Of a stretch of 33,093 nucleotides of DNA, positions 1-11,156 are shown one piece after another (within the stretch, counting starts at the first letter, position 1; each line of letters starts with the position of its first letter). The DNA lies in NCBI RefSeq assembly GCF_006345805.1, contig NW_021833383.1:1-33093 (forward strand). The letters are read 5' to 3'. Position numbers and translations under genes: made by a program. The notes beneath the pieces were generated by a model. The model made no database searches. It was not told where the DNA came from and saw only the letters and a list, made by a program, of their open reading frames with translations. Source of the stretch: Octopus sinensis (taxonomy: Eukaryota).

Positions 1-118
1 TAGAAACACTGCCAGATCTGACTGGGCGTGGTGGAGCCTTCTGGCTTCCCAGACCCCAGTTGAACCGTCCAACCCATGCCAGCATGGAAAGCGGACGCTA
101 AACGATGATGATGATGAT
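1..118 (+). mobile_element. 3' end of RTE-like non-autonomous retroelement ('family D'), (GAT)n tail
   Basis: CATGGAAAGCGGACG..AAACGATGATGATG terminus recurs at ~780, 9910, 10150(-), 12270(-), 22710, 24840, 25400(-), 31380. Confidence 0.75.
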
Positions 119-186
119 GTGACATATTAATAAAAATCTGTAAATGTACAACCATCCAGATTTCTGAGTAGCTTATTTTTTCTAAT
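119..186. mobile_element. Fragment of the Penelope-like family seen at 11677-11858 and 22784-23000
   Basis: AAATCTGTAAATGTACAACCATCCAGATTTCTGAGTA nearly identical to ~11800-11856. Confidence 0.65.
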
Positions 187-205
187 ATATATATATGTAT
201 ATATA

Positions 206-565
206 TAAGTAATACTAAGTAATTAAGGGTTTAGCAACGAATTGCCTCACCAACACACCGAATTTAGAAATAGCAGTCAAAGAGATATAGCTATTCCTTC
301 TACTAAAAGGGGGATCTCAGTAAAAACGCCTTTCAAGTGCTGTGTTTTTACTGAGATCCCCCTTTTAGTAGAAGGAATAGCTATATCTCTTTGACTGCTA
401 TTTCTAAATTCGGTGTGTTGGTGAGGCAATTCGTTGCTAAACTCTTAATTACTTAGTATTACTTAAATTTTCCTCGAATGGGGCTTTTACATGCCGAAAT
501 CTACTTGGTGTAATTGATAATTATTCCAAATTAATTAATTTCACCCTTTATTGTTACTGATAACC

Positions 566-566
<1 letters not shown>
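206..566. repeat. Foldback element: 122-bp inverted repeat (206-327 / 344-465, 16-nt loop) plus ~100-bp one-sided tail, between (TA)n tracts
   Basis: Arms are reverse complements with one mismatch seen; same arm+tail layout as the ribozyme-bearing foldbacks. Confidence 0.9.
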
Positions 567-601
<35 letters not shown>

Positions 602-783
602 GGAGGCGCAATGGCCCAGTGGTTAGGGCAGCGGACTCGCGGTCGTAGGATCAAGCTGTAGAAACACTGCCAGATCTGACTGGGCCTGGTGCAGCCTTCA
701 GGCTTCCCAGACCCCAGTTGGACCGTCCAACCCATGCTAGCATGGAAAGCGGACGTTAAACAATGATGACGATGATGATGATG
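602..783 (+). mobile_element. Chimera: tRNA-like SINE head (602-652) joined to family D 3' end
   Basis: A-box-like TGGCCCAGTGG head stops at AGGATC and continues as AAGCTGTAGAAACACTGCC...(GAT)n. Confidence 0.65.
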
Positions 784-1195
784 AGTGGCTGTGTGGTAAG
801 TAGCTTGATAACCAACCACATAGTTCCAGGTTCAGTCCCACTGCGTGGCATCTTGGGCAAGTGTCTTCTGCTATAGCCTCGGGCCGACCAAAGCCTTGTG
901 AGTGGATTTGGTAGATGGAAACTGAAAGAAGCCTGTCATATATATGTATATATATATATGTGTGTATGTGTGTGTTTGTGTGTCTGTGTTTGTCCCCCTA
1001 GCATCGCTTGACAACCGATGCTGGTGTGTTTACGTCCCCCGTCACTTAGCGGTTCGGCAAAAGACACCGATAGAATAAGTACTGGGTTTACAAAGAATAA
1101 GACCCGGGGTCGATTTGCTCGACTAAAGGTGGTGCTCCAGCATGGCCGCAGTCAAATGACTGAAACAAAGTAAAGAGTAAAAGAGTAAAGAGTAT
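783..1195 (+). mobile_element. tRNA-derived SINE 'family A' (internal TA/TG microsatellite, GAGTAAAA tail)
   Basis: A-box-like TGGCTGTGTGG, B-box-like GGTTCAGTCCC, CORE-like CTTGGGCAAGTG; many copies in the window. Confidence 0.85.
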
Positions 1196-1237
1196 ATAAA
1201 TATACACACACACATACACATATATATATACATACAC

Positions 1238-1321
<84 letters not shown>

Positions 1322-1502
1322 GATATATTATATATATTATAATATATATACTCACACATAATATGTGTACATAATCACCACATATGCCATATGTATGTTA
1401 AGTTTTGTTAAGGAAATACCCTGTTCTATATATTTCAAAAAAGATATCTTGATATTTAAATCGAATCTTCCTGTTTTACTTAAGTGGTTTTTATTTGCCC
1501 TG

Positions 1503-1512
1503 TTGTTTGTGT

Positions 1513-1568
<56 letters not shown>

Positions 1569-1800
1569 TATGTGTGTGTGTATGTGTGTGTATGTGTGGG
1601 TGTGTGTATGTGTGTATGTGTGTGTATGCGTATGTGTGTGTATGTGCGTGTATGTATGTGTGTGTATGTGTGTGTGTATGTGTGTGTATGTGTGTGTGTG
1701 CACGTGTGTATGTGTGTGGGTATGTGTGTGTGTGCACGTGTGTATATGTGTGTGTGTGTGTATGAGTGTGTGTATGTGTGTGTATGTGTGTGTATGTGTA

Positions 1801-1840
<40 letters not shown>
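1503..1840. repeat. (TG)n/(TGTA)n microsatellite
   Basis: Direct reading. Confidence 0.95.
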
Positions 1841-1841
<1 letters not shown>

Positions 1842-2075
1842 TGTTTGTTTGTTTATCGCTCATGGTGGTTTGTATGATGGCTTATCTTCAGGATATGCGA
1901 CACTTTTGAAAGTTGAAACCAGGATATGAGAGATTAGCTAATCTCAGCAAGAGAGAGAGAGAATTAGACAGACAAAAACCAGCCGTATATATATTATATA
2001 TATATGTATATAGAAAGAGAGAGAGAGAGAAGTGATGAGAGATAAATTAACAGAAAGACAAACAGACACACTGAC

Positions 2076-2289
<214 letters not shown>

Positions 2290-2975
2290 GATTGGCAGAA
2301 GACAAACTGTCAGTCAGACAGTGAGAGTAGAGTAGGCAAGTTTTGTCTAGCGAATGTTTCAAAAACAGATGGGTGAATGTAGCAAGGATGGCATGTATGA
2401 ATGACAGAGCCACCTTGAGCATAATCCTATGAACCCAGAAATTGAAAAAAGAAAGGAAAAAAGAGTCACTGTAATGCGTTTTTTTGCATGTCATTATTGT
2501 CCGAGGTTACCGTGGTCTTTTCTTTAGGCTTTTCTTTCCACAGATAAACCTAATCTGTTTCCCCTTTTAACACTATGACATTTCTGTGATACACGATCCC
2601 TATTGACCAGCCTTGTTTTTTTTTACCATCCCTTTTAATCGAATTTCTACCTCTTTTTTTTTCTTCTTCTCTACTTTGTATTTTGTCCCCACTGTGTTCA
2701 GCCCTATGTGTCCAGTAAAGAAACATATCTATCTATCTATCTATCTATCTATCTCTTCCGTCTTTTTTCCCCCTTTTTTCTTCTTTTTTTCATTTCTCTT
2801 TTCTTTTGTTCCTTTTCCTTTTTTCTTTGTTTTGTTTTTTTTTGTTTTTTGTTTTTTTCATCCCCCAAAAGAAAAGCTCTACCTTGTAACTTGTCCCATC
2901 TGTGTGCAGCCCTGTGTGGCCAATAAAGAAACTTATCTATCTATCTATCTGTCTATCTATCAAATCTATCTATCT

Positions 2976-3315
2976 ATCAAATCACCAGACCACCGAACAA
3001 AAACCCCCTCAAACATCAAATCACCATACCATCGAACCAAAACCCCTCACACATGGAATCACCATACCATTGAACCAAAAATCTTCACACATCAAATCAC
3101 CATACCGTCAAACCAAAATCCTTCACACATCAAATCACCATACCATCATACCTTTATGCCACTAAGCCCTCATACAACCAAACCACTACCACACCTAACC
3201 AGCAAACCATCATATTTTAATACCACCAAAGCCCCACGCCGACAAACTACCATACCATCGAACCATCACACCAACATATTACAAAACCAAACCATTTCAC
3301 CACCATACCATCAAT
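2976..3315. repeat. ~38-bp minisatellite (ATCAAATCACCATACC...) decaying into ACCAT/ACCAA low-complexity repeat
   Basis: Unit starts at ~2976, 3015, 3053, 3091, 3129. Confidence 0.75.
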
Positions 3316-3332
3316 CAGGTTGCATTTTGGAA

Positions 3333-4282
3333 AAGGCGGCGAACTGGCAGAAACGTTAGCACGCTGGGCGAAATGCTAAGCGGTATTTCGTCTGCCGCTA
3401 CATTCTGAGTTCAAATTCCACCGAGGTCGACTTTGCCTTTCATCCTTTCAGGGTCAATTAAATAAGTACCAGTTACGCACTGGTGTCGATGTAATCGACT
3501 TAATACCTATGTCTGTCCTTGTTTATCCCCTCTGTGTTTAGCCCCTTGTGGGTAGTAAAGAAATAGGTATTTCGTCTGCCGCTACGTTCTGAGTTCAAAT
3601 TCCACAGAGGTCGACTTTGCCTTTCATCCTTTCGGGGGCATTAGATAAGTTACCAGTTACGCACTGGGGTCGATGTAATCGACTTAATCCCTTTGTCTGT
3701 CCTTGTTTATCCCCTCTGTGTTTAGCCCCTTGTGGGTAGTAAAGAAATAGGTATTTCGTCTGTGGCCTCACGTTCTGGGTTCAAATTCCACCGAGGTCGA
3801 CTTTGCCTTTCATCCTTTCGGGGTCGATTAATAAGTACCAGTTACGCACTGGGGTCGATGTAATCGACTTATACCTGGTCTGTCCTTGTTTATCCCCTCT
3901 GTGTTTAGCCCCTTGTGGGTAGTAAAGAAATAGGTATTTCGTCTGCCGCTACGTTCTGAGTTCAAATTCCACTGAGGTCGACTTTGCCTTTCATCCTTTC
4001 GGGGTCGATTAAATAAGTACCAGTTACGCACTGGGGTCGATGTAATCGACTTAATACCTATGTCTGTCCTTGTTTATCCCCTCTGTGTGTAGCCCCTTGT
4101 GGGTTGTAAAGAAAGAGGTTGCATTTTGGAAAATTCCACCGAGGTCGACTTTGCCTTTCATCCTTTCAGGGTCGATTAAATAAGTACCAGTTACGCACTG
4201 GGGTCGATGTAATCGACTTAATACCTATGTCTGTCCTTGTTTATCCCCTCTGTGTGTAGCCCCTTGTGGGTAGTAAAGAAAG
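3333..4282 (+). mobile_element. SINE 'family B' (Meta-SINE-like central domain) expanded into a 5-unit tandem array of ~183 bp
   Basis: GAGGTCGACTTTGCCTTTCATCCTTTC occurs five times; unit starts ~3382, 3566, 3750, 3932, 4133; 17-bp flanking duplication. Confidence 0.85.
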
Positions 4283-4284
4283 AG

Positions 4285-4404
4285 GTTGCATTTTGGAAAC
4301 TGCCGCAGCTTAACAGAGAACGAAGGCGATTTAACTGCAGAGACAGAACAGAAAATTAGGGTTTTACCAAAGATAATTGAGGAAGAGATTCCTGGCGTTC
4401 CATT
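4285..4404 (+). CDS. Candidate internal coding exon of an unidentified gene ([39 protein letters not shown])
   Basis: AG at 4283-4284, 120 nt (phase 2-2), stop-free frame with complex peptide, donor GTAAGA at 4405; no partner exon found. Confidence 0.45.
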
Positions 4405-4658
4405 GTAAGACACATATCTTGGTTGTGGCTTCTTAAGCCATAAGTACATTTATCACTTTTGTGTTGTTTTAGACAATTTATTATGGTATTGAGTTGGTTT
4501 TGTTTCAGCAAATGTAAATAACCACGGGTGTGTTTGGCAGAGGAGGCCCTGTTCTTTAAGGGGATAAAATGAGTTCCTGATTCTTTTCTGTTTTCTTTTT
4601 TTTTTGTTATGGTGGTGGTGGTGGTGGTGGTGATGGCAGAAAAGTACAAAGAATCAGG

Positions 4659-4661
<3 letters not shown>

Positions 4662-4693
<32 letters not shown>

Positions 4694-4721
4694 AGACTGC
4701 ATTGTAGTGGAATAAATACGG

Positions 4722-4759
<38 letters not shown>

Positions 4760-4971
4760 CATACCTATACATATGTAACATATGTATATGTGTATATATA
4801 TACACATAGATACATACATACATATCTATATATATATATATATACATATATATATGTGTGTATATATATGAGACAGATACTTAATTTGAGTATATATAGG
4901 TTAAGTGTGTATATACATCATGTGTATAATATGTTGGGTATATATCCATATTTATATGTATGTATGTATAT

Positions 4972-5026
<55 letters not shown>

Positions 5027-5340
5027 GAGTATATATATATATATAAGAATACATGTATATATAATGTGTATATATAATATAATATATATATTAGTATATA
5101 TATATGTGTGTATATGTTATATGCACACACACACACATGTATGTCTATATATACATGTGGTTGTGTATGTATATATATATATATATATTATACATATATA
5201 ATATATACATATATGGATATATAGGTGTGTACATATGTGTGTATATGTATTTAGATATATGTACATACACACACATGCACACGTGTATTTGTGTATGTGT
5301 ATGTGTGTGTGTATGTGTGTGTGTACGTGTGTGTGTGTGA
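4662..5340. repeat. (TA)n/(TG)n/(GA)n compound microsatellite
   Basis: Direct reading. Confidence 0.9.
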
Positions 5341-5728
5341 GAGTTATGTAAAAAGATCTCCCCATATTACCAGGATGTTGTAACGAAGTGGATACCAAAA
5401 GAAGTAGGAGGGAGGATGAAGGTAGAAGGGTGCGGGAGGAGGAAGGGGGAGGTGAGAGGATACGCAATGCAGCGTGGGAAACTATTCCATGTGATATTCT
5501 CAAGTGGGTGGCTGGACGGTGGAGACAGAGGGGCAGGGTGCCAAACAGGGTGTGGCATTGTAACTGGCTCTGTTGACCATCGTTGATCTTTGAGCCAGAC
5601 TGACAATTAACCAAGGCAGCAACACCTCGGTGTTGCGTTGCGATACCATCATACCATCATACTGTTGAAACTGTTCTACCGTGAAATCACTCTACTGTTG
5701 CGCAATCACGTTTCTAATTCACCATACC

Positions 5729-5960
5729 TATTTCTTTATTACCCACAAGGGGCCAAACACAGAGAGGACAAACAAGGACAGACAAACGGATTAAATCGAT
5801 TACATCGACCCCAATGCGTAACTGGTACTTAATTTATCGACCCCGAAAGGATGAAAGGCAAAGTCGACCTCGGCAGAATTTGAACTCAGAATGTAACGGG
5901 TGACGAAATACGGCTACGCATTTTGCCCGGGGTGCTAACGGTTCTGCCAGCTCACTGCCT
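5729..5960 (-). mobile_element. SINE family B monomer flanked by a ~97-bp direct duplication
   Basis: Reverse complement of 3333-3565; flanks 5627-5728 and 5964-6060 nearly identical. Confidence 0.85.
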
Positions 5961-6107
5961 GTATCGGTGTTGCAATACCATCATACCACCATACCGTTGA
6001 AACTGTTCTACCGTGAAATCACTATACTGTTGCGCAATCATGTTTCTAATTCACCATACCATCACCTAGTTTATCTACCATACAATTAAAATATGGCATA
6101 CCATCAT

Positions 6108-6255
6108 AGCCGCAGGTGTGGTTGTGTAGTAAGAAGCTTGCTTCACAACCACATGGTTCCAGGTTCATTCCCACTGCTTGGCACCTTGGGCAAGTGTCCT
6201 CTACGAAAGCCTTGTGAGAAGATTTGGCAGCCAGAAACTGAAAAAAGCCCATCAT
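6108..6255 (+). mobile_element. SINE family A, diverged 5' half
   Basis: Similarity to 783-940. Confidence 0.75.
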
Positions 6256-6280
6256 ACATACATATATATATAATAAATAT

Positions 6281-6649
6281 TAGGGAATAAATCCAAATTT
6301 ACAAGGAAAAATCAGATTTAAGATTGAATCCAATTTATAGTAAAATATATATTATATCAAATTAGAGACAAAACCACTATTATGCAAATCAAACAAAGAA
6401 AGACTTAAGCCAATACATAAAAATTTATATAAATTAAAATTTAACATATGAATAACCACTACGATCGTTTCGTGTCAGACATCTTAGACTTCTTCAGGTG
6501 GTTTCAAAACCTGAATGTCCTAAGATGTGCTAACACGAAACGATCGTTAGTGGTTTTCATATTTAAATTTTAATTTATATAAATTATTTTATGTATTGGC
6601 TTAAGTCTTTCTTTGTTTGATTGCATAATAGTGGTTTGTCTCTAATTTG

Positions 6650-6655
<6 letters not shown>
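6281..6655. mobile_element. Penelope-like foldback remnant (~150-bp arms, ~70-bp tail) in (TA)n
   Basis: ~6350-6500 is the imperfect reverse complement of ~6508-6655; hammerhead at the apex. Confidence 0.75.
6454..6503 (-). ncRNA. Minimal type I hammerhead ribozyme
   Basis: Minus strand AACCAC-CTGAAGA-AGTCTAAGATGTCTGACAC-GAAAC-GATC-GTA-GTGGTT: 6-bp stem I, intact core, palindromic stem III, GUA site. Confidence 0.8.
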
Positions 6656-6687
<32 letters not shown>

Positions 6688-6689
<2 letters not shown>

Positions 6690-7016
6690 GGCTCAGTTGT
6701 TAGAGCATAGAGCTTACGATTGTGAGGTTATGAGTTCGATTCCCAGACCAGGCTGTGTGCTGTGTTCTTGAGCAAGACACTTTATTTCACATTGCTCCAG
6801 TTCACACAGCTGTAGAAATGAGTTGCGACATCACTGGTGCCAAGCTGTATCGGCCACTTTGCCTTTCCCTTGGATAACATTGCTGGTGTGGAGACGAGGA
6901 GGCTGGTATGCATGGACAACTGCTGGTCTTCCACAAACAATCTTGCCCTGACTTGTGCCTCGGAGGGTAACTTTCTAGGTGCAATCCCATGGTCATTCAT
7001 GACCGAAGGGGTCTCC
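6688..7016 (+). mobile_element. tRNA-derived SINE 'family C' with CORE-like domain
   Basis: GGCTCAGTTGTTAG A-box-like, GAGTTCGATTCCC B-box, CTTGAGCAAGACACTTTATTTCAC core-like segment. Confidence 0.75.
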
Positions 7017-7093
7017 TCCTCTCCTCCTATATATATATATATGTATGTATGTATATAATATAAAGAATATATAAATATATGCATATATACATA

Positions 7094-7296
7094 ATGTGAC
7101 CTCGTGTGTACCATTTCCGATTTTTTTTTTCCTCTGTCTTCCCTTCTCTGGATCTTTCCTTCTCCTATCTTTCCGACGAAGAGCTCCGCTCGAAACGTTA
7201 AACCCTCCTTCTTTCCTGAGCGTCCAATAATACTATATTTGTTCCACGTCCTCGCGTTGTTGTGTTTTTTTGTGCCTTCTTGTTTGGATTAACTTT
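7094..7296 (+). mobile_element. Penelope-like remnant with hammerhead variant at 7170-7202
   Basis: TTT-CCGACGA-A-GAGC-TCC-GCTC-GAAACGTT-AAA; second copy at 32681-32851, relative at 11520-11667. Confidence 0.65.
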
Positions 7297-7464
7297 ACAT
7301 ATCTACATATATATGTACGGTTTAAGTAATTGAGATTCAAGTGAATTCTAATGAATTCACATGAATATGGTCCTAACTTGGATGCACCGGAAATCTTATG
7401 GTGTTAACCATACGACAAGTGGGGTGATTACAAATAGGAAAAAAGCAACAAGAATGGATTAAAA

Positions 7465-7550
7465 TCTCGGTACAATTGTTTCGTACGAGGACATCTTAAT
7501 AAGCTACAAAAATGCAGTAAATACAGATGGCTCGTACTCGTCAGCCGAAA
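7465..7550 (-). ncRNA. Type I hammerhead ribozyme with long stem II, in a Penelope-like remnant (~7315-7782)
   Basis: Minus strand TTTCGG-CTGACGA-GTACGAG...CTCGTAC-GAAAC-AATT-GTA-CCGAGA: canonical core, 7-bp stem II plus CATCT/AGATG extension. Confidence 0.88.
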
Positions 7551-7997
7551 AACATCAGAGATTCCCAAACATCAAAAGGGGTAGATACAAATGAGGGTGT
7601 AAGTTTAACTGCATTGAAGAAAGTTCGATTCCTGGAGATCCGATGAAAGGTCTTGAACTTACAGAATTTGTGCATGTCCATATATAGCTCATAGTGAATT
7701 GTTAATCAAGTTATGTGAAGAAATTTTGGATACAGACATGCGAAATTTCTGAGAATCCGAGTAAGAAGCAAAGTGACTGTCATATATATGTATATATGCA
7801 TGTATATATGGGTATAGGATATCAAAAAAAAACATTGAACACAGTGAGAAACGAAAACATAAAAACAAAAACATAGAAACAAACTTTTTTTTGGACAACG
7901 AAAAAAACAAACAGAGAAACGAGACACGCAACATAAAGAATATTCAGATCATTACTCTTTGTTCTTCTTTGGCACACTTTGATAGTAGAGTGACCAT

Positions 7998-8453
7998 GCC
8001 GCAGGAGTGGCTGTGTGGTAAGTAGCTTGCACCAACCACATGGTTCCGGGTTCAGTCCCACTGCGTGCATCTTGGGCAAGTGTCTTCTGCTATAGCCCTG
8101 GGCCGACCAATGCCTTGTGAGTGGATTTGGTAGACGGAAACTGAAAGAAGCCTGTCGTATATGTGTATAATATATATATATATATTATATAATATATATA
8201 TGTATGTGTGTGATATGTTTGTGTGTCTGTTTTTTCCCCCTAGCATTGCTTGATACCGATGCTGGTGTGTTACGTCCCCGTCACTTAGCGGTTCGGCAAA
8301 AGAGACCGATAGAATAAGTACTGGGCTTACACAAAGAAAAGTCCCAGGGTCGAGTTGCTCGACTAAAGGTGGTGCTCCAGCATGGCCGCAGTCAAATGAA
8401 TGAAACAAGTAAAAGAGTAAAAGAGTAAAGAGTAAAGAGTTAAGAGTAAAGAG
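7998..8453 (+). mobile_element. SINE family A, full length
   Basis: Similarity to 783-1195. Confidence 0.85.
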
Positions 8454-8570
8454 TATGCCAGAAAGAAAAATGGCATGATCAGGCTCAAACTTCAACCACG
8501 TGACCACAATAGTACCAACTATAAACACGCATGCGCAGAAGGTAGTGTGACCATAATAAATACAGAAAAA

Positions 8571-8958
8571 AAGGCGGCGAGCTGGCAGAAACGTTAGCGC
8601 GCCGGGCGAAATGCGTAACTGCATTTCGTCTGCCGTTATGTTCCGGGTTCAAATACCGCCGAGGTCGACTTTGCCTTTCATCCTTTCAGGGTCGATAAAT
8701 TAAGTACCAGTTATGGACTGGGGTTGATGTAATCGACTTAATCCATTTGTCTGTCCTTGTTTGTCCCCTCTGTGTTTAGCCCCTTGTGGGCAATAAAGAA
8801 ATAGGTATTTCGTCTGGGTTCAAATACCACCGAGGTCGATTTTGCCTTTTATCCTTTCGGGGTCGATAAATTAAGTACCAGTTACGCACTGGGGTCGATG
8901 TAATCGACTTAATCCATTTGTCTGTCCTTGTTTATCTCCTTGTGGGTAGTAAAGAAAT
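8571..8958 (+). mobile_element. SINE family B, dimer
   Basis: Head AGGCGGCGAGCTGGCAGAAACG plus two central/tail units. Confidence 0.85.
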
Positions 8959-9152
8959 ATATAATAAATAAAGATATGTAATGGTGAAAGTGTGGATAAT
9001 TTTTGACTTACCCTCGTATTATACCACCAAACCTCTAAACCACTAAATCAGCAAACCATCAAACCATTATACTACCAAACAACTAAACCATCATACTATT
9101 GAACCATCATATTGTGATACCTTTATATTACCAAGCAATCATACTACCAGGT

Positions 9153-10140
9153 TTAGGTTGGACAAAAAGCCTGTTCATTTTTTTAAGTGAAAAATAAGAC
9201 ATGAATTTTAAACATAAAGCAATTAATTCAATCTGATATAGTTAACATTTCATTCAGGTATCCCCTGCACTCTTGTGTTCAGATCCATTATTCTCTTCAC
9301 AAAGAATTTCCTGTCTTTACTGGCCAAAAACTCCAGGTGAATTTTAGGCTTGAAAGAAATGAAGCTAGCATGATCCGCTGGATCGTAGGGTGGCCTGCTG
9401 TGCTTGAGGGACCTATTGAGTCAACTACATCAACATCAAAATAAATATCAAATGGAAATTGTAGTTGTGATACCTGTGTGGGTGGCATGTAAAAAGCACC
9501 ATCCGAATGTGGCCAATGCCAGTGCGGCCTTGACTGGCTTCTGTGCTGGTGGCACGTAAAAAGCACCAACCGATCGTGGCTGCTGCCAGCCTCCCCTGGC
9601 ACCTGTGACGGTGGCACGTAAAAAGCACCATCCGAATGCGGCCGATGCCAGCGCGGCCTTGACTGGCTTCTGTGCTGGTGGCACGTAAAAAGTACCAACC
9701 GATCGTGGCCGCTGCCAGCCTCCCCTGGCACCTGTGACGGTAGCACATAAAAAGCACCCACTATACTCACGGACTGGTTGGCATTAGGAAGGGCATCTAG
9801 CTGTAGAAACACTGCCAGATCAGACTGGAGCCTGGTGCAGCCTTCTGATTTCCCAGATCCCAGTCGATCCATCCAACCCATGCTAGCATGGAAAACGAAC
9901 GTTAAACGATGATGATGGTGATCCTTTTCAGAGTTGAAGGTCTATCCATTTCAATGAATTCTGAAGAGACCGAAACAGGTGGAAATCTGAAGGCACATGG
10001 TCAGGTGAATATGGAGGGTTTGGTAAAATTTCCCAGCCAGCGCCCAGTTATCTCTGCTGCATCTCGAAAGAAGTGTGCAGTCTGGCACTGTCGTGATGAC
10101 AGACAATGTCCTTATGATTAGCAAGCACTGGAGGCTTCCG
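9153..10140 (-). pseudogene. Decayed mariner transposase 3' half with TIR remnant, interrupted by a family D insertion (~9348-9922)
   Basis: Minus-strand peptide HHDSARLH...WEILPNPPYSPDHVPSDFHLFRSLQNSL (~9945-10100), continuing EFLASKDRKFFVKRIMDL (~9280-9340); TTAGGTTGGACAAAAAG at 9153. Confidence 0.8.
9348..9920 (+). mobile_element. Family D element with internal ~121-bp tandem duplication
   Basis: GGTGGCACGTAAAAAGCACC-like module repeated 5 times; (GAT)n tail. Confidence 0.8.
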
Positions 10141-10144
10141 ATGG

Positions 10145-10550
10145 ATCATCATCGTCGTTTAACGTCTGCTTTCCATGCTAGCATGGGTTGGACAATTTTG
10201 ACTGAGGGATGGTGAATCAGATGGCTGCACCAGGCTCCAATCTTGATCTGGCAGTGTTTCTACAGCTGGATGCCCTTCCTAACGCCAACCACTCCGAAAG
10301 TGTAGTGGGTGCTTTTTACGTGCCACCGGCACAGGAACCAGTTCAGCGGCACTGGCAACGACCTCGCTCAAATGTTTTTTTCATGTGCCACTAAGTCGAC
10401 ACTGGTAACAATCACGCTCGATTGGTGCTTTTTACATGCCACCGGCACGGAAGCCAGTTAGCTGCTCTAGCACGATCACACTCAGATGGTGCTCTTAGCA
10501 CTCCACTAGCATGGATGTCAGTCTTCAAATTTGATTTCGATTTCACTTGC
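10145..10550 (-). mobile_element. Family D element
   Basis: Reverse complement of family D tail and modules. Confidence 0.8.
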
Positions 10551-10745
10551 CACCATAAGCAAGGGCCACTTTATATGGTCTGGTGACCTGCTAGAAGAAG
10601 CAGCCAAATTTTGCTCAAATGACAACCTACTGTCTTATAATGCAAAAACGCTTGAAAAAAAAAGAAAAGATCAAGGACAATTATGGATTAATTACGGATT
10701 AATTACAAGGATTAAAGTTGAAGTTAAGAAAAAGTTAGCTAACAT

Positions 10746-11156
10746 GGCGCAGGAGTGGCTGTGTGGTAAGTAGCTTGCAAACCAACCACATGGTTCCGGG
10801 TTCAGTCCCACTGCGTGGCATCTTGGACAAGTGTCTTTTGCTATAGCCCCGGGCCGACCAATGCCTTGTGAGTGGATTTGGTAGACGGAAACTGAAAGAA
10901 GCCTGTCGTATATATGTATATATATATAAGTGTGTGTGTATATGTTTGTGTGTCTGTGTTTGTCCCCTAGCATTGCTTGACAACCGATGCTGGTGTGTTT
11001 ACGTCCCCGTCATTTAGTGGTTCGGCAAAAAGAGACCGATAGAATAAGTACTGGCCTTACAAAAGAATAAGTCCTGGGGTCGATTTGCTCGACTAAAAGC
11101 AGTGCTCCAGCATGGCTGCAGTCAAATGACTGAAACAAGTAAAAGAGTAAAAGAGT
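10746..11156 (+). mobile_element. SINE family A, full length
   Basis: Similarity to 783-1195. Confidence 0.85.

Noticed and set aside
602-652. tRNA gene
   Set aside because: Only the 5' half is present, with no T-arm or acceptor 3' strand; it is a SINE head
1880-1932. Possible decayed hammerhead (CGAC...GTTGAAACCAGG)
   Set aside because: Core too degenerate to support
5370-5576. Purine-rich ORF or exon candidate
   Set aside because: Low-complexity peptide with no recognisable domain and weak splice context
9958-9985. CTGAAGA-GACC-GAAAC-AG-GT hammerhead-like string
   Set aside because: It is the antisense of mariner codons DFHLFRSLQ, and it has G at position 17 (not H)
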